A stretch of 64,000 nucleotides of DNA from Haliotis rubra (Eukaryota): the NCBI RefSeq assembly GCF_003918875.1, contig NW_025764968.1, positions 124,001 to 188,000 on the forward strand, given 5' to 3'. Positions 1-11,889 of this stretch are shown here, one piece after another; position 1 is the stretch's first letter; the number at the start of each line of letters is the position of its first letter. Under the pieces are notes generated by a model. That model did not search any database and had not been told where the DNA came from. It worked only from the letters and a program-made list of their open reading frames with translations. The translations under genes were made by a program, and so were the position numbers.

Positions 1-248
1 TTATTTATAATTACTGATATGAATTGTTGACAATATTGACTAGGTTATTTATAATTACTGATATGAATTGTTGACAATATTGGCTAGGTTATTTATAATT
101 ACTGATATGAATTGTTGACAATATTGGCAAGGTTATTTATGATTACTGATATATGACAATATTGGCTAGGTTATTTATAATTACTGATATGAATTGTTGA
201 CAATATTGGCTAGGTTATTTATGATTACTGATATGAATTGTTGACAAT
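1..248. repeat. 44-bp AT-rich minisatellite (about 5.5 copies, runs off the window start)
   Basis: Unit TTATTTATAATTACTGATATGAATTGTTGACAATATTGGCTAGG. Confidence 0.95.
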
Positions 249-330
249 TTGGGCAAAATAGTTGATGAACAGATGTATGAAACCATATGCAACTCGCTGG
301 CATACCTAATCACAGGCTTTGTGTTCACAG

Positions 331-600
331 AGGGCATCCACGAAATAAAAACCAAACGACCTCGTAGTTTGCCCAAAAACATCTTCCGAATCGCAAATGG
401 CAAGCGAGTTTCCAGTCCTGGGAAGACACATGGACAGTCGACCAGCCCAGATCAGACATCTCCCACGAAGTCATCACCTCCAAAGTCTCTGCCAACCACT
501 AAAGCTCAAAGCCAGGTCACAGACCAGTACAAGTCTCTACCCCCTGGTCTTGGAAATGATGCCTTAGTGCCAACTAGTCCTGGAAATGGAAATTTATTAG
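331..600 (+). CDS. LRRK2: LRRK2 exon W1, Ser/Pro-rich linker (EGIHEIKTKRPRSLP...GNGNLL)
   Basis: ttcacag| acceptor (an alternative AG ends at 315), |gtagga donor; phase 1-1; open frame joins W2. Confidence 0.72.
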
Positions 601-910
601 GTAGGACTTCTATAATTATTCTGATGTAAAACCTATTTGTATGATAATATCCAAATATCATAAGTTTATAACTAAATTTGTCCACATGTCACTCAGAGAA
701 TATTGTTACTCTCTCTGCAGCGTTCACACTCACGACCAAAACAGTTATTTAATGAACACTAGTTCATACCAGCATCCAGTTGACTGTAGTTGTATGAGTT
801 CCTGATTCTTGTGTTACACTCAGTGAGAAAAGGCAGGCTTGTTTATCTTAGCTGCAATTTTCACTTGAACTGAAAGACATGTATATTGGATGGACATTTC
901 TGATTTGAAT

Positions 911-1400
911 GAGTGAGTGAGTGAGTATAGTTTTACACCGCTTTTAGCAATATTCTAGCAATATGGGCGGGAGACACCAGAAATGGGCTTCACACATTGT
1001 ACCCTTGTGAGGAATCGAACCCAGGGCCCCGTTCCTCAAAGCGATCGTAGCGCTATGTTGATCGTAACTCTTATACTTTAACATAGACTTGTGACTGTCG
1101 TAGCGTTATGTTGATCGTAACTCCTATACTTTAACATAGACTTGTGACTGTCGTAGCGCTATGTTGATCGTAACTCCTATACTTTAACATAGACTTACGA
1201 CTGTCGTAGCGCTATGTTGATCGTAACACCTATACTTTAACATAGAGTTACGACTGTCGTAGCGCTATGTTGATCGGAACTCCTATACTTTAACATAGAC
1301 TTACGACTGTCGTAGCTCTACGATCGCCTTGAGGAACGGGGCCCAGGTCTTACGCGGAATGAGCGAACACTTTAACCACTATAGGTTACCCCACCGCTCC
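911..1400 (-). mobile_element. tRNA-derived SINE (family A), interrupted by a MITE
   Basis: Reverse complement has an A/B-box head and (TCAC)n tail; same family as 9862, 26005, 26224 and 59511. Confidence 0.85.
1025..1343. mobile_element. PIF/Harbinger-like MITE with about 5 internal 53-bp tandem repeats
   Basis: 26-bp TIRs GGCCCCGTTCCTCAA(A/G)GCGATCGTAG; CAG TSD at 1022-1024 and 1344-1346; splits a SINE. Confidence 0.88.
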
Positions 1401-1691
1401 TCTGATCTGATGGTTGACAGATAACATATTAGGGAATATGGATAACAACATCTTAATTATGCTGTAATAACAACAGATCCTTATTCCGTTGTTAAGAAGG
1501 ACTGGACTTGCTTGCCAACAGTGTTAGGATGTATAGAAAAACATTGCTATTACAGTGAAACATGGGTGATATGCACTTTTTGTCTACTTTCTAAGGTATG
1601 TGTTGTGTACAGGAAAAGCCTGGACATGTGGGCCATCTGTTACTGTCATAAAGAATATTATTCTTCCCATATACATGTTCATTTTGTCCAT

Positions 1692-1880
1692 ACCCATGAA
1701 GATCCGGGTTAGAAGTGATCTAGAAGGCGACTAACTGGATCGGGTGGTCAGACATGTCATCGTAGATCAATGCTTATGCTGTTGATCACTGGATTGTCTG
1801 GTCTAGACTCGATTATATACAGACAGCCGCCATATAGCTGGAATATTGCTGAGTGTGGTGTAAAACTAAACTCCTTCACT
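1692..1880 (+). mobile_element. SINE-like repeat family B (internally deleted copy)
   Basis: ACCCATGAAGATCCGGGTTAGAA...GGCGACTAA...GGAATATTGCTGAGTGTGGTGTAAAACTAAACTC, shared with the 47996 copy. Confidence 0.8.
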
Positions 1881-2121
1881 TTTTTTCACCAAGCGAAAAG
1901 TATTTTCCATTTCTGAAGAAATGTTTTCAATGACCTTCTCGATATAGTCTCAGCCAACACCTGACGTCACACAAGCCACTTTCATACTGTCCATCCTGTA
2001 GGCCACAAACTGACCGATGACCTGACTGTCAAGTAAAGCTATGCACCAAACGTTTTTCTATGTTACTAGTCAGAGATATGCTGCTTCAAACAATATGTTA
2101 TGTTTCTGGAAACTGTTTCAG

Positions 2122-2265
2122 ACACACCAGTATTTGAACACTCTGTAGTCGAATTGGAAGAATGGAAACAGACGACTCTTACTGGTGCCAATATCCCCTT
2201 CAGCCCTTCTGACCCACGCAGGAACTCTCTAGACAAAGTTGGGAACACTCTGGATGAGCCTCGAG
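2122..2265 (+). CDS. LRRK2: LRRK2 exon W2 (DTPVFEHS...RRNSLDKVGNTLDEPR)
   Basis: gtttcag| and |gtacat; phase 1-1; in frame with W1 and W3. Confidence 0.8.
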
Positions 2266-2309
2266 GTACATCCATACACACTGACACTTGCAGCATACAC
2301 TGAAACATT

Positions 2310-2840
2310 GATAGATTCACAACACATAGTACACACATTAACACACATTATATCCATTTACACATAGTACACACATTTACACACACCAGCACTCATTTAC
2401 ACACATTAGCACTCATATTTACACACATTAGCACACAACACACATTTACACACAGTCGATACATTTACACTTAGTACACAGCATACAGTACACACATTTA
2501 CACACACGAGCACACATATTTACACACTTTAGCATACAACACACATTTACACACAGCACAGTACACACATTAACACACAGTCGATACATTTACACAGAGC
2601 ATATAGTACACACATACACACAGCACAGTACACACATTTACACACAGTCGATACATTTACACTTTCTACACAGAGCATACAGTACACACATATACACACA
2701 CGAGCACACATATTTACACACTTTAGCATACAGTACACACATTTACACACAGCACAGTACACACATTAACACACAGTCGATACATTTACACTTAGTACAC
2801 AGAGCATACAGTACACACATTTACACACAACACACACAAT
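2310..2840. repeat. CA-rich degenerate tandem array
   Basis: Repeated ACACACATTTACAC / CAGTACACAC motifs directly after the W2 donor. Confidence 0.9.
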
Positions 2841-3083
2841 CCAGATAGTTTAACAGAAGACAGAATCATCAGCATTATTTGGCTGATTTCACTCACTGTC
2901 ACTTTGTCATTATTGGCTGAAAAAAAAGAGGAAGCTTCTAAATCACAACAATGCTCAAAACAAAATCTTTTCTTGATCCTGTGTCAGTGCCCTTTGTTAT
3001 GTGATGCATCACTGACAACAATCACTCCTGATGCAAATCCCAATGTTGACTTGCACAATGTGTGCGTTTGTTTCTTTTAAATA

Positions 3084-3475
3084 AATTATTAATAATAATA
3101 ATGTGTCCATTTATATAGCGCCAAACTCCACACTAGGCATGCTCATAGAGCTAACAATCAAGGCACAGCACATTATTACCCCGGATAACCCAAGCTGCCT
3201 GTTAGGCGCTAGAAGGTTATAGTCATATGACTTTTTGCACCGGGTACCCATTTTCTGCTGGGTGAACAGAGTCAATTTTGAACAAACTCACTTGCCTAAG
3301 GTGAGACCACATGTGTCACATGTGCTTCGTTGTGGGGCAGGACTCACGTCCTAGAAACTCTCAGGAGTCAAGCTGCCAAACACTGTCACCCATCCAAGGA
3401 CTCTCTGAGCTCGATGCTGCTTAACTTCACCGATTTGGTACCTGAGCTTTGAGCACAGGACCACGCGCCGCCACT
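3084..3475 (-). mobile_element. CORE-like SINE with a 5S rRNA-derived segment in its head
   Basis: Minus strand: tRNA-like start, 5S-like GAAGTTAAGCAGCATCGAGC...CTTGGATGGGTGAC, CORE-like CCTTAGGCAAGT...CACCCAGCAGAAAATGGGTACC, (ATT)n tail; a 3' fragment recurs at 58604. Confidence 0.7.
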
Positions 3476-3827
3476 GATTGACTTGCCTTTACATGTGTTT
3501 GTGCTGGGTTGCAACCAACTGATGACTATTTTACAATGATTCATAAACCCATGCTTATAAGACAGTGTACTATTGTCTCAGTGTGGAGCTGACATCTACT
3601 GTGGAGATGGGTATTGTCATTGTTTATTTATATTCCTTGACTTCAGTGAAAAACTAATTAAATTGCCACGTCAGTGGGCCTTGCATTAATTCATTGCCCC
3701 AACAACTACTCATCATCTGTCCAGTTTTGAAGTGATGAGCTCATAGGCAACATTTATTTGTCAGAACATGTAATCCTTTGTTATTAGAGTTTACAGTCTA
3801 TAATTCCCATTGTTTGCATATTTTCAG

Positions 3828-3946
3828 GAAAATGGCTGAGAAAATACTCTCCAGTGAAAAAGGAACAGAGTGATGATTATGTTCAGCAAGGGACCAGATC
3901 TTTCTCTGACTCCTTCACGGACTCTGGACAGTCCTATAGCTCTGAG
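3828..3946 (+). CDS. LRRK2: LRRK2 exon W3 (GKWLRKYSPVKKE...SGQSYSSE)
   Basis: ttttcag| and |gtgaga; phase 1-0; bridges W2 and W4. Confidence 0.8.
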
Positions 3947-4019
3947 GTGAGACTCGACATACCTTGGAAAGAACATTTTTGAGTAATTCCCACAGATCAT
4001 GACTAATGTATTTCCAGAG

Positions 4020-4565
4020 GCAGGACGGGGTCCTACTGCCCTGTGATAGGACTCATCCTGCCCAGGGCAGATCCCAGAGTCAGGGTAGTTATGTGGCTCA
4101 GAGGTAGGTCTCATCCTGCCAAGAAGAAAGGATAATGTGTAACTTATTCCCAGAGTCAGGGTAGTTATGTAGCTCAGAGGTAGGACTCATCCTGCCCAGG
4201 GCAGATCCCAGAGTCAGGGTAGTTATGTGGCTCAGAGGTAGGACTCATCCTGCCAAGAAGAAAGGATAATGTGTAACTTATTCCCAGAGTCAGGGTAGTT
4301 ATGTAGCTCAGAGGTAGGACTCATCCTGCCCAGAAGAAAGGATAATGTGTGACTTATTCCCAGAGTCAGGGTAGTTCTGTAGCTCAGAGGTAGGACTCAT
4401 CCTGCCCAGAAGAAAGGATAATGTGTGATTTATTCCAGGAGTCAGGGTAGTTCTGTAGCTCAGAGGTAGAACTCATCCTGCCCAGAAGAAAGGATAATGT
4501 GTGACTTATTCCCAGAGTCAGGGTAGTTCTGTAGCTCAGAGGTAGGACTCATCCTGACCAGAAGA
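4020..4565. repeat. 76-bp minisatellite (about 7 copies) resembling the W3 exon-end/donor
   Basis: Unit contains TAGCTCAGAG|GTAGGACTC versus the W3 junction TAGCTCTGAG|GTGAGACTC. Confidence 0.9.
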
Positions 4566-5201
4566 AGAAGCCATGAGTGACATATTCCCTATAGCTCTTA
4601 GGATGAGAGTTAGTGAGTAACTTGGACTGAAAATGCCTTTCAGCAGTAAACCAGTTTTATCTCAGCATGTGAGCGTAATGCGAGAGTAGAGATGTAAGTG
4701 ATGCAGGACAGAACCACTGTGATGAAACAGTAAGCCTGTGGGACACTTGTAGCCCAGTTTGTGTAGAGTGGAGTCTGGTGGGCATATCACAAACATATCG
4801 CTGTGTCTGTTTGCCACGATGATATTCATGCTTCGTCAGCCTAATACCAAGCCACAATTTGTTTCATCTCAGCAGTAAACATCTAGGTTTTATTTTTTCC
4901 TAACTCTATATGAACATCAACATTCAAATGATATATGAGTGTTTGAAATCAATTGAAAAATATCGTCCAAGATCAATTTCAAAGTGCAAATGTTTTCCCA
5001 ATCAGTATTAGAACCGTATAGATCAGGTTAATAAGCAGATGCTCTACCTCACAGCCACCGAGCCAACAAAGTCCTTGGGGCTGAATTATCTATTTATAGT
5101 TACTGTCATTAAATTTATTTTACTTGCGCTTCAGTTATTGTTATGTAGCTTCATTAAATGATCATCTACATTATAATTATCCATCATTGACGGTTTATAT
5201 G

Positions 5202-5364
5202 TTAGGGAAAACACTTCCCCTCGGTTTTGGTAGAGAATGTAAAACCTAGGGAGGAGGGAAATCCTCATTCTCTACCAAACCCGAGGGCTAAAGCCCCTCG
5301 GGATTTCTCTCCTCCCAAAGTTTTACATTCTCTACCAAAACCTCGGGGGCATGTTTTCTCCTAT
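5202..5364. mobile_element. Palindromic (foldback) MITE-like element
   Basis: Long inverted arms GGTTTTGGTAGAGAATGTAAAAC / GTTTTACATTCTCTACCAAAACC. Confidence 0.65.
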
Positions 5365-5598
5365 ACTAAACATCTGTGACCTGCATCACTTTGGCCATGC
5401 TTCCTTCGACAGGCTGACCCACAACATACAAGGAATACTGTTCAAAGCAAAATCCATTATGCAACATTGTTTCATTGTTGATCAAAATAAGGACATTAAT
5501 GTTTTAGGCTCATTCTTTCCATGCTGATATGAGATAAAACTATTAGCATACAGTCAATAGGTGCCAGTTCTTAATGATACATGATATCTGATTTTCAG

Positions 5599-5629
5599 GT
5601 TTCAAACAGAAGCACAGTGTCAGAATCCG
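5599..5629 (+). CDS. LRRK2: LRRK2 31-nt micro-exon W4 (VSNRSTVSES)
   Basis: attttcag| and |gtaagc; phase 0-1, which converts the W3 phase 0 to the W5 phase 1. Confidence 0.75.
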
Positions 5630-5899
5630 GTAAGCACTAGTTTGTTGTATATGTGTATATGAGTTTTAAGTGGAATTTTAAAACATATGGAATGAATCAG
5701 ATGTTACCCAAATTCATTTTGAAGGTACAGTATGTTAATAAGTGTTACATTTGAATACCCTTGCATTTTGTATTGCAGTTGTCTTCATGTACAGGTTCTT
5801 CAGGGCAACAATGTCTTGTGATGCAGGGGGTTTGATTGTGAGGCAGGGTAAAATGGAAATCTAAAACTTCACGTGACAATAAAAAAAAATTGAGAAAAA

Positions 5900-8450
5900 A
5901 GTTAGTGTCACTTCATGGCGACCAAAAATCAATGGAGAGCTTTGTGATTTTGCTCCGCATTGAAACTCACCATGGTGATATAAGGAGTGGGCTTTTGCTA
6001 CATATTTGCATATCAACAAAGAGATAAGCAAACCAAGTATTTGATTTTCACCATGAATGTTGATATAAGTCTCTGGAGAGCTAGAATTGGCTGTTTTTGT
6101 CCTCACAGCCGACGACCACGTTGGTTTTACCCCAGTATACGGATGCCCGGTGGGATGCGTGTAGGATGTTGCCTGTTGTTGTTGATAATGACTTTACTCA
6201 TTGTATCTGGAGACGTGGAATCAAACCCAGGACCTCCTAAAACACCACATTCAGTCTCAGATGTCATCGTTGAATGACAAGTTCGACAAGTTTCGTAACG
6301 ACATCAGCGAAAAATGACATACATATCACATTCTGGATCTAGTGTTGTTGACTATTTTATTCTTTCTTCAAATATATTTGATAATATTGTCGATAGGAAA
6401 GTTTGGCAACGCACTGAGTCATACCACCTTCCATTGGTGTGCTGTTTTAAGAATATTATCCCATCAGTAAGTAATAATGAGATTCCGAATTCACAAAAAA
6501 TTGAACCATATTCAAGGATAAGTTACCGGCTTCCTCGGGATTGTCAAATTCCATATCAAAGTTATCTCCGCAGTAAATATGTCATAGATATGTTTAACAC
6601 ATTTACTTTATTACTGGAGGAAAACATCAACACTGTTGTAAGACAGAAAATATTTTCTGTTGAACAAATTCAGAAAATTTAAATGTGATTTAAACTTACA
6701 ATTGTATGGGGATGCCAAAAATGAATATAAATAATGTTGTGAAAAGAAAAAGCGTTCTTATAATACCAAAATATGTGATGATATAAAGAGGTCTGCTGAA
6801 CATGGAGATTGTAAGAGTTTTTGGAAGACATTAAAGAAAGTTATACGTGGAAATGTTCCAAGTTATTCGATGTCTCCTGATATTTGGTACGATTATTTCA
6901 ATAATTTGTTAAATCCGAAAGTTGAAAATGTTGATGTAAACAATTTTGATTCTTTTGTTTCCCAGTATATTAATTCACATTCTTGTGAAGATTGTAATGA
7001 TTTGTCTTTCACGGATGATCTTTTGTCAGGTGAAATAACAGATAGAGAAATAGTAGATGCTCTGAAAAATTAAAATGTGGTAAATCTGCAGGTGAGGATG
7101 GAGTACCCCCTGAAGTTTTCAAGATGTCGGGAAATTTCATTGTACGTTATTTGAAACTTCTTTTTAATCGTATCTTAAATATTGGCGATTTTCCAGAATC
7201 ATGGAATATAAGGTATGATTTTGGGTAAACGTTCTGACCCCAACAATTATAGAGGTATTTCCATTCTGAATGTTACAGGTAAATTGTTCACTATTGTTAT
7301 AGAAAAGCATCTTAGAATTTGCTTAGATGTAAATGATCTTATGTCAGAGTATCAAGCTGGTTTCCGCCAAAATTACTCAACAGTTGATAATCTATTCATT
7401 TTGCAAGCATTGTGTTCAAAATATTTATGTAAGCCAAAAGGCAGATTTTATTGTGCTTTTATCGATTTTAAGAAAGCTTTTGATTACCTTGATAGAAAAA
7501 AATTGTTGTATGTACTGCTTACTAAAGGCTGTCATGGAAAATTGTATAAGGTCATTAGAAATATGTATTCTTCTGTAAAGACTTTGTCTTAAACCTTCAT
7601 CTGGTAGAACTGAAGGGTTTTCCACTTCTAGTGGTGTGAGACAGGGTTGCATATTAAGCCCAGCTTTATTTATCTTTTTCAATAATGAACTTGTAACAGA
7701 GTATATAATGAGTGTAGTTATGGTGTATTTGTGACACAGGATATTGTTGACTTAATGTTACTTCTTTTTTGCTGATGATGTTGTCATGTTTTCATATACT
7801 GTTAATGGCCTGCAGAAACAATTAAATGTACTGTCTTTCTTTTGCAAGAAATGGGGTTTAGAAGTCAACTTACAAAAAACAAATGTCATTGTATTCAGAA
7901 ATGGAGGAAAAATTGCTAAACATGAACACATATGACAATGTTCCTTTAGAAATTAAGACATATTATAAGTATTTAGGATTAGTTATATCTTCTAGACTAG
8001 CATGGTCAGTATCTTGTAAGCAATTAGAACGTCAAGCATCTAAAGCTGTTATTTATATATATTTTTAACAAAACTTGTAACTGTTCCATTTTCTACAGCA
8101 TGTTCTATTTTTCATGGTAAAATTGCACCGATTTTGTTATATGGTGCAGAGATATGGGGCACTAAATATAATGAGGCAATACAAAAAGTCCAATCATTTT
8201 ATTTTAAACGCTTTTTTATGGGTTGGGAAGTTTGCTTCAAATAAGGCCATTTTAGGCGACCCAGGGTGTTATCCTCTTTTCATTCTCAGCCAAGTTAGAG
8301 TGGTTAAATACTGGTGTAAATTACTAAAGATGGAACTACAACGATATCCTTATCAATGCTATAATTTATTAAAAACTCTTGATGATAATGGTAAGACCAG
8401 TTGTAATTGGGTTTCAAATGTTAGATCTTAGCTTTTTACTTGTAATCTTA
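5900..8450 (+). mobile_element. Decayed APE-type non-LTR retrotransposon (LINE; CR1/L2-group-like) with N-terminal 2A peptide
   Basis: Fragmented ORFs: 2A GDVESNPGP; APE C-terminus (GSSVVDYF, ESYHLPL); RT motifs GKSAGEDG, NYRGISIL, QAGFR, FIDFKKAFD, GVRQGCILSP, FADD, YKYLG; many stops and frameshifts. Ends are approximate. Confidence 0.93.
6209..6235 (+). other. 2A/StopGo ribosome-skipping motif GDVESNPG-P
   Basis: GGA GAC GTG GAA TCA AAC CCA GGA CCT matches D(V/I)ExNPGP and follows a hydrophobic helix (LLLLIMTLLIVS). Confidence 0.9.
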
Positions 8451-9861
8451 ATCTTTAATTTTAATCTTGTAACTAAGAACAAGACAATCAGTAACAGAAA
8501 TGACCAATGACCGCAACTGTGGTGAATACAATAGCACTGCACATTTCTTTAACTGACTTAACTTGCTTATGTTATCAGAGTTTGATAATATTAAATGTCA
8601 TAGATAAATACTTGAATTTATCAGGTCTATTTGGTCAACTCTATAATTAGGAACCTCACAACTGAACTGCTTATAATATATATTTTTCCCTTTTCAGCAA
8701 TTCCTCATAATGTGTAAATACTGGTAGCAGTGACAAACCTCACAAGATATCAGTCCAGTTAATAGCTCCATGAACTTGTTTTAAAGGTTATTCAGACGTA
8801 TAGATGTAACAATGTGTCAGTTAAAATTTGATTTAATCTGTGAGCCAATTATGGAAGCCATGTAGGTGAGCTACAGAACCTGTTTCTGATAGGAAACTTA
8901 TGTTTACAACTCTACATACGTAGATATGACCACTTATGTATGACCCCTTGCCATGTGTTAGTGTCAGGCAAAAAAAACAATCAGTGTTTCTTCCTGTTGT
9001 TTCAATGAACTTTTCCCCTTTTCCCCATTTCCAAATTTGGGTATTCTTCTCTGTGGGACCATCGCCAGTCTTTAAGGCTGTAATCCATGGTACACACACC
9101 CTACACTGTGTGTACAGTGTCTTTGTTGCCAGGGGCTTGAAATGTACTTTTAACACTCTGCTGTTCACAAGTTAAATTTTACATTTTTAGTCCGGTGTCT
9201 CTGGTTGCCATCTTTCATTCCTGTTTTGATCCCAAGACCATCTCCACAAAAATGTTGTTAGAAAAAAATAGAATAAATTTGGGTCAGCTTGCTTATTTCA
9301 AATCTGAAATTGATGAAACCATTTCTTCTCATTGTGTTTGAGAGGTTTTGTGTGTACACAACTCATCTGGCCGAGATAAAAGACTAGTCCGCGTGTATTT
9401 CTGACCGACTTGTGATAAAATCTATTCGGTTGTTCAACTGATAATGTTTATGACACATTTCAAATTTAAAAAGAATCTTTATAAAAACATTTATCTGTTA
9501 TCAGTTGAAGTATTGCAAATACTGAACTCATGCAATTTGGTTCGTCAGTGAAACAGATCAGCACGGGGCACACATGTGAGCTGGTTGATATCAACAAGCT
9601 GTGGATGCTGATCTGCGTGAAGTATGTCATGAAGATTAAAGCACTTGACATGCTCGTGATGGTTCTGATCCATGAAGTGACTTGGTACACTTGTGTGAAG
9701 CACGTACATCTGTACAGTATAAGTTGTACAAAGTGACATTGTAATCATGACTCATGTTGCTGGACCATTGTTTCCTCAGATAATTAGATCGTGTTAACAA
9801 TGGCAGGTGTTTGGTGTGGAACGTGTGGTGCCATGACCGATCAGCTACAGTCCCAGTAATA

Positions 9862-10032
9862 TGAGTGTGTGAGTGAGTGAGTTGTTTTTTACTCCTCTTT
9901 TAGCAATACTCCAGCAATATCACGGCTGGGGACACCAGAAATGGGCTTCACACATTGTACCCATGTGGGGAATCAAACCCGGGTCTTCGGTGTGACGAGC
10001 GAATGCTTTAACCACTAGGCTTACTACCCCCC
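9862..10032 (-). mobile_element. tRNA-derived SINE family A
   Basis: Reverse complement reads ...CCTAGTGGTTAAAGCATTCGCTCGTC...GGGTTTGATTCCCCACATGGG...(TCAC)n. Confidence 0.85.
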
Positions 10033-10826
10033 AGTAACATGAAGTGCTATCTTTGAGTAGTATATAAAGTAGAATGGCCTTGAGTGATTCACACCAGAGA
10101 GGTTCTGAATGTCAATCAAACAAACATGATGAGATCAACCTGTTCCATATATCATCATGTTGCTCTTTATCTGTCAATAAGTGTGGTTGTCGTTCAACAT
10201 GGGCATGAATATTTTTATAATGTATAGTTTTTATCAAACACTTATATTTATTGTGTACTTAATTTGAACTTTCTAAACACATTCACTCCGCTGGGTACAG
10301 CAGATCGGCCAGAATGCTTTTCATTTTGGTTTGTAAGTTAAAAGTTTTTAAACTTCCAAGATAATGTTTAAGCATTTAAGTCTGTGCAGTAGGAACACCG
10401 AGAACTAGTGATAACTAGGATTGAACAGAGTACAAATATTGTGAACTTTACTAATACAAATTGTGAACGGGGACAGATGATTTACATGGCATCTTCATGG
10501 TGATGGAAGGTTACACTAAGTTGGCTGTTGGAACCATGTAAGATGTCAACACAATATATTGATCTATCTTGTTTATCAACCCAAATAGTTTTTGTTGGAT
10601 TTAAAGGCAAAAAGGCTGTGAAAATTATACAAATAGATCACTGAAAATAAGAGTTGACACCTGGTTTTCACAAAAGTCTTAGTATGTCCCAATCAGGTAG
10701 CACTGTACTTCTTCCCTGCGATGGCGATCTGTGAACAAACCAGAGAATCCAGTGATTGACAAGAAAATAGTCATTTGGTGGCACAATTGCCTGAAACACA
10801 GCATGTTATTTTTCAGTTAAGTGTGT

Positions 10827-11889
10827 TGTTACGGTTTAGAAATTACCGTGACAATGGTCTTGTGAGTCCCCTTTAAACCAGCAGAATATGACACAGACAA
10901 GTTTATAATATTCAATAATATATCAACAATTAAGGTTACAATGAATGACAGTACAGATTCCCAGTACAATACAATTGGAGCACTAGTCTAAAATATTGGG
11001 TCACAAATCTTAAATATTAACTCACCAAAGTCTTGATATTTCTGGTAAACAGATGTACTGATTGAAGATTGTTGACCGATCAATGTAGATGAGGCCTCGT
11101 GAGTGGTTGGTCTTGAAATGTTGATGTTAGCAGACAGATGAGTGTAAATCCAAAGTGGTAGTCCTGTCATACGTCTCAACAACCACCCCTCAGGGGTGGA
11201 AATAACTTTAAAATTGCTAGTGTACTCCGGTACACTAGCAGGGTGATGGAGATAGATAGAGAATACTGGACTTCACACAGTTTATTTTATAACTTTGGTC
11301 TTACCCTGTCTGGATGGTTAATAGATCTGACAACATTAAAATCGAAAATCCAGTATTCGAAGAAATATAATGTCTGAATGGCAATAAGGATTGCTTTGAA
11401 AGGAAAACACCCACCAGGTATTTTGACATGAAGTTACATTTCTCAGTGTACTCCGGTACACTAGCACATGTAACATCGCTTGCCCTGATAATTTTTCCAC
11501 TATACCGTTCGTTTTCTTGTTGATTTAAAAAAAAACCCAACATAATTAACATTGGAAAGTCAACTGGACACCGGTACAGTGTGATATACAAATTTGTTTG
11601 CCCGACAGAAAAAAACACTGGACACAGACGTCGGGCAATTGGTTATTTCCACCCCTGCCCCTTATATACCTATTATACAGTTCTAGACTTTTCTAGCAAA
11701 ATGCACGCCAAACCAGGATCATCTCACAGCTTACAGCATCGTACTGAAAACCGGAAGCACAACAAAGGGAATGTAACTCTAACTTACTCTTAAAAGGTGA
11801 AATTTCATAGCCTAAGTTCAAGATGCGAGAACAAAACTCAGTGCTGTAAACTTGTGACCCATAATAACTAAAAGTTAATTAATGTGACA
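10827..11889. mobile_element. Dispersed repeat, possibly a solo LTR (related copy at 17290-17796), hosting a MITE
   Basis: Shares GTGACAA..AGTCCCCTTT..ACACAGACAAGT..ATATTCAATAATAT and TTGTGACCCATAATAA blocks with the 17290 copy; TGT...ACA ends; no TSD seen. Confidence 0.5.
11191..11657. mobile_element. hAT-like MITE with 5-bp TSD and a captured local insert
   Basis: TIRs CAGGGGTGGAAATAAC / GTTATTTCCACCCCTG; TSD CCCCT; family copies at 37858 and 62189. Confidence 0.85.

Noticed and set aside
1945-2040. Possible extra LRRK2 exon between W1 and W2
   Set aside because: All frames contain stops, and W1 joins W2 in phase without it.
3385-3438. 5S rRNA gene
   Set aside because: Only a diverged ~55-nt internal segment embedded in a SINE.
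6095-6240. Exonisation of the 2A peptide into LRRK2 via the acceptor at about 6108
   Set aside because: After phase-1 exon W4 this acceptor gives a different frame that stops before the 2A motif.
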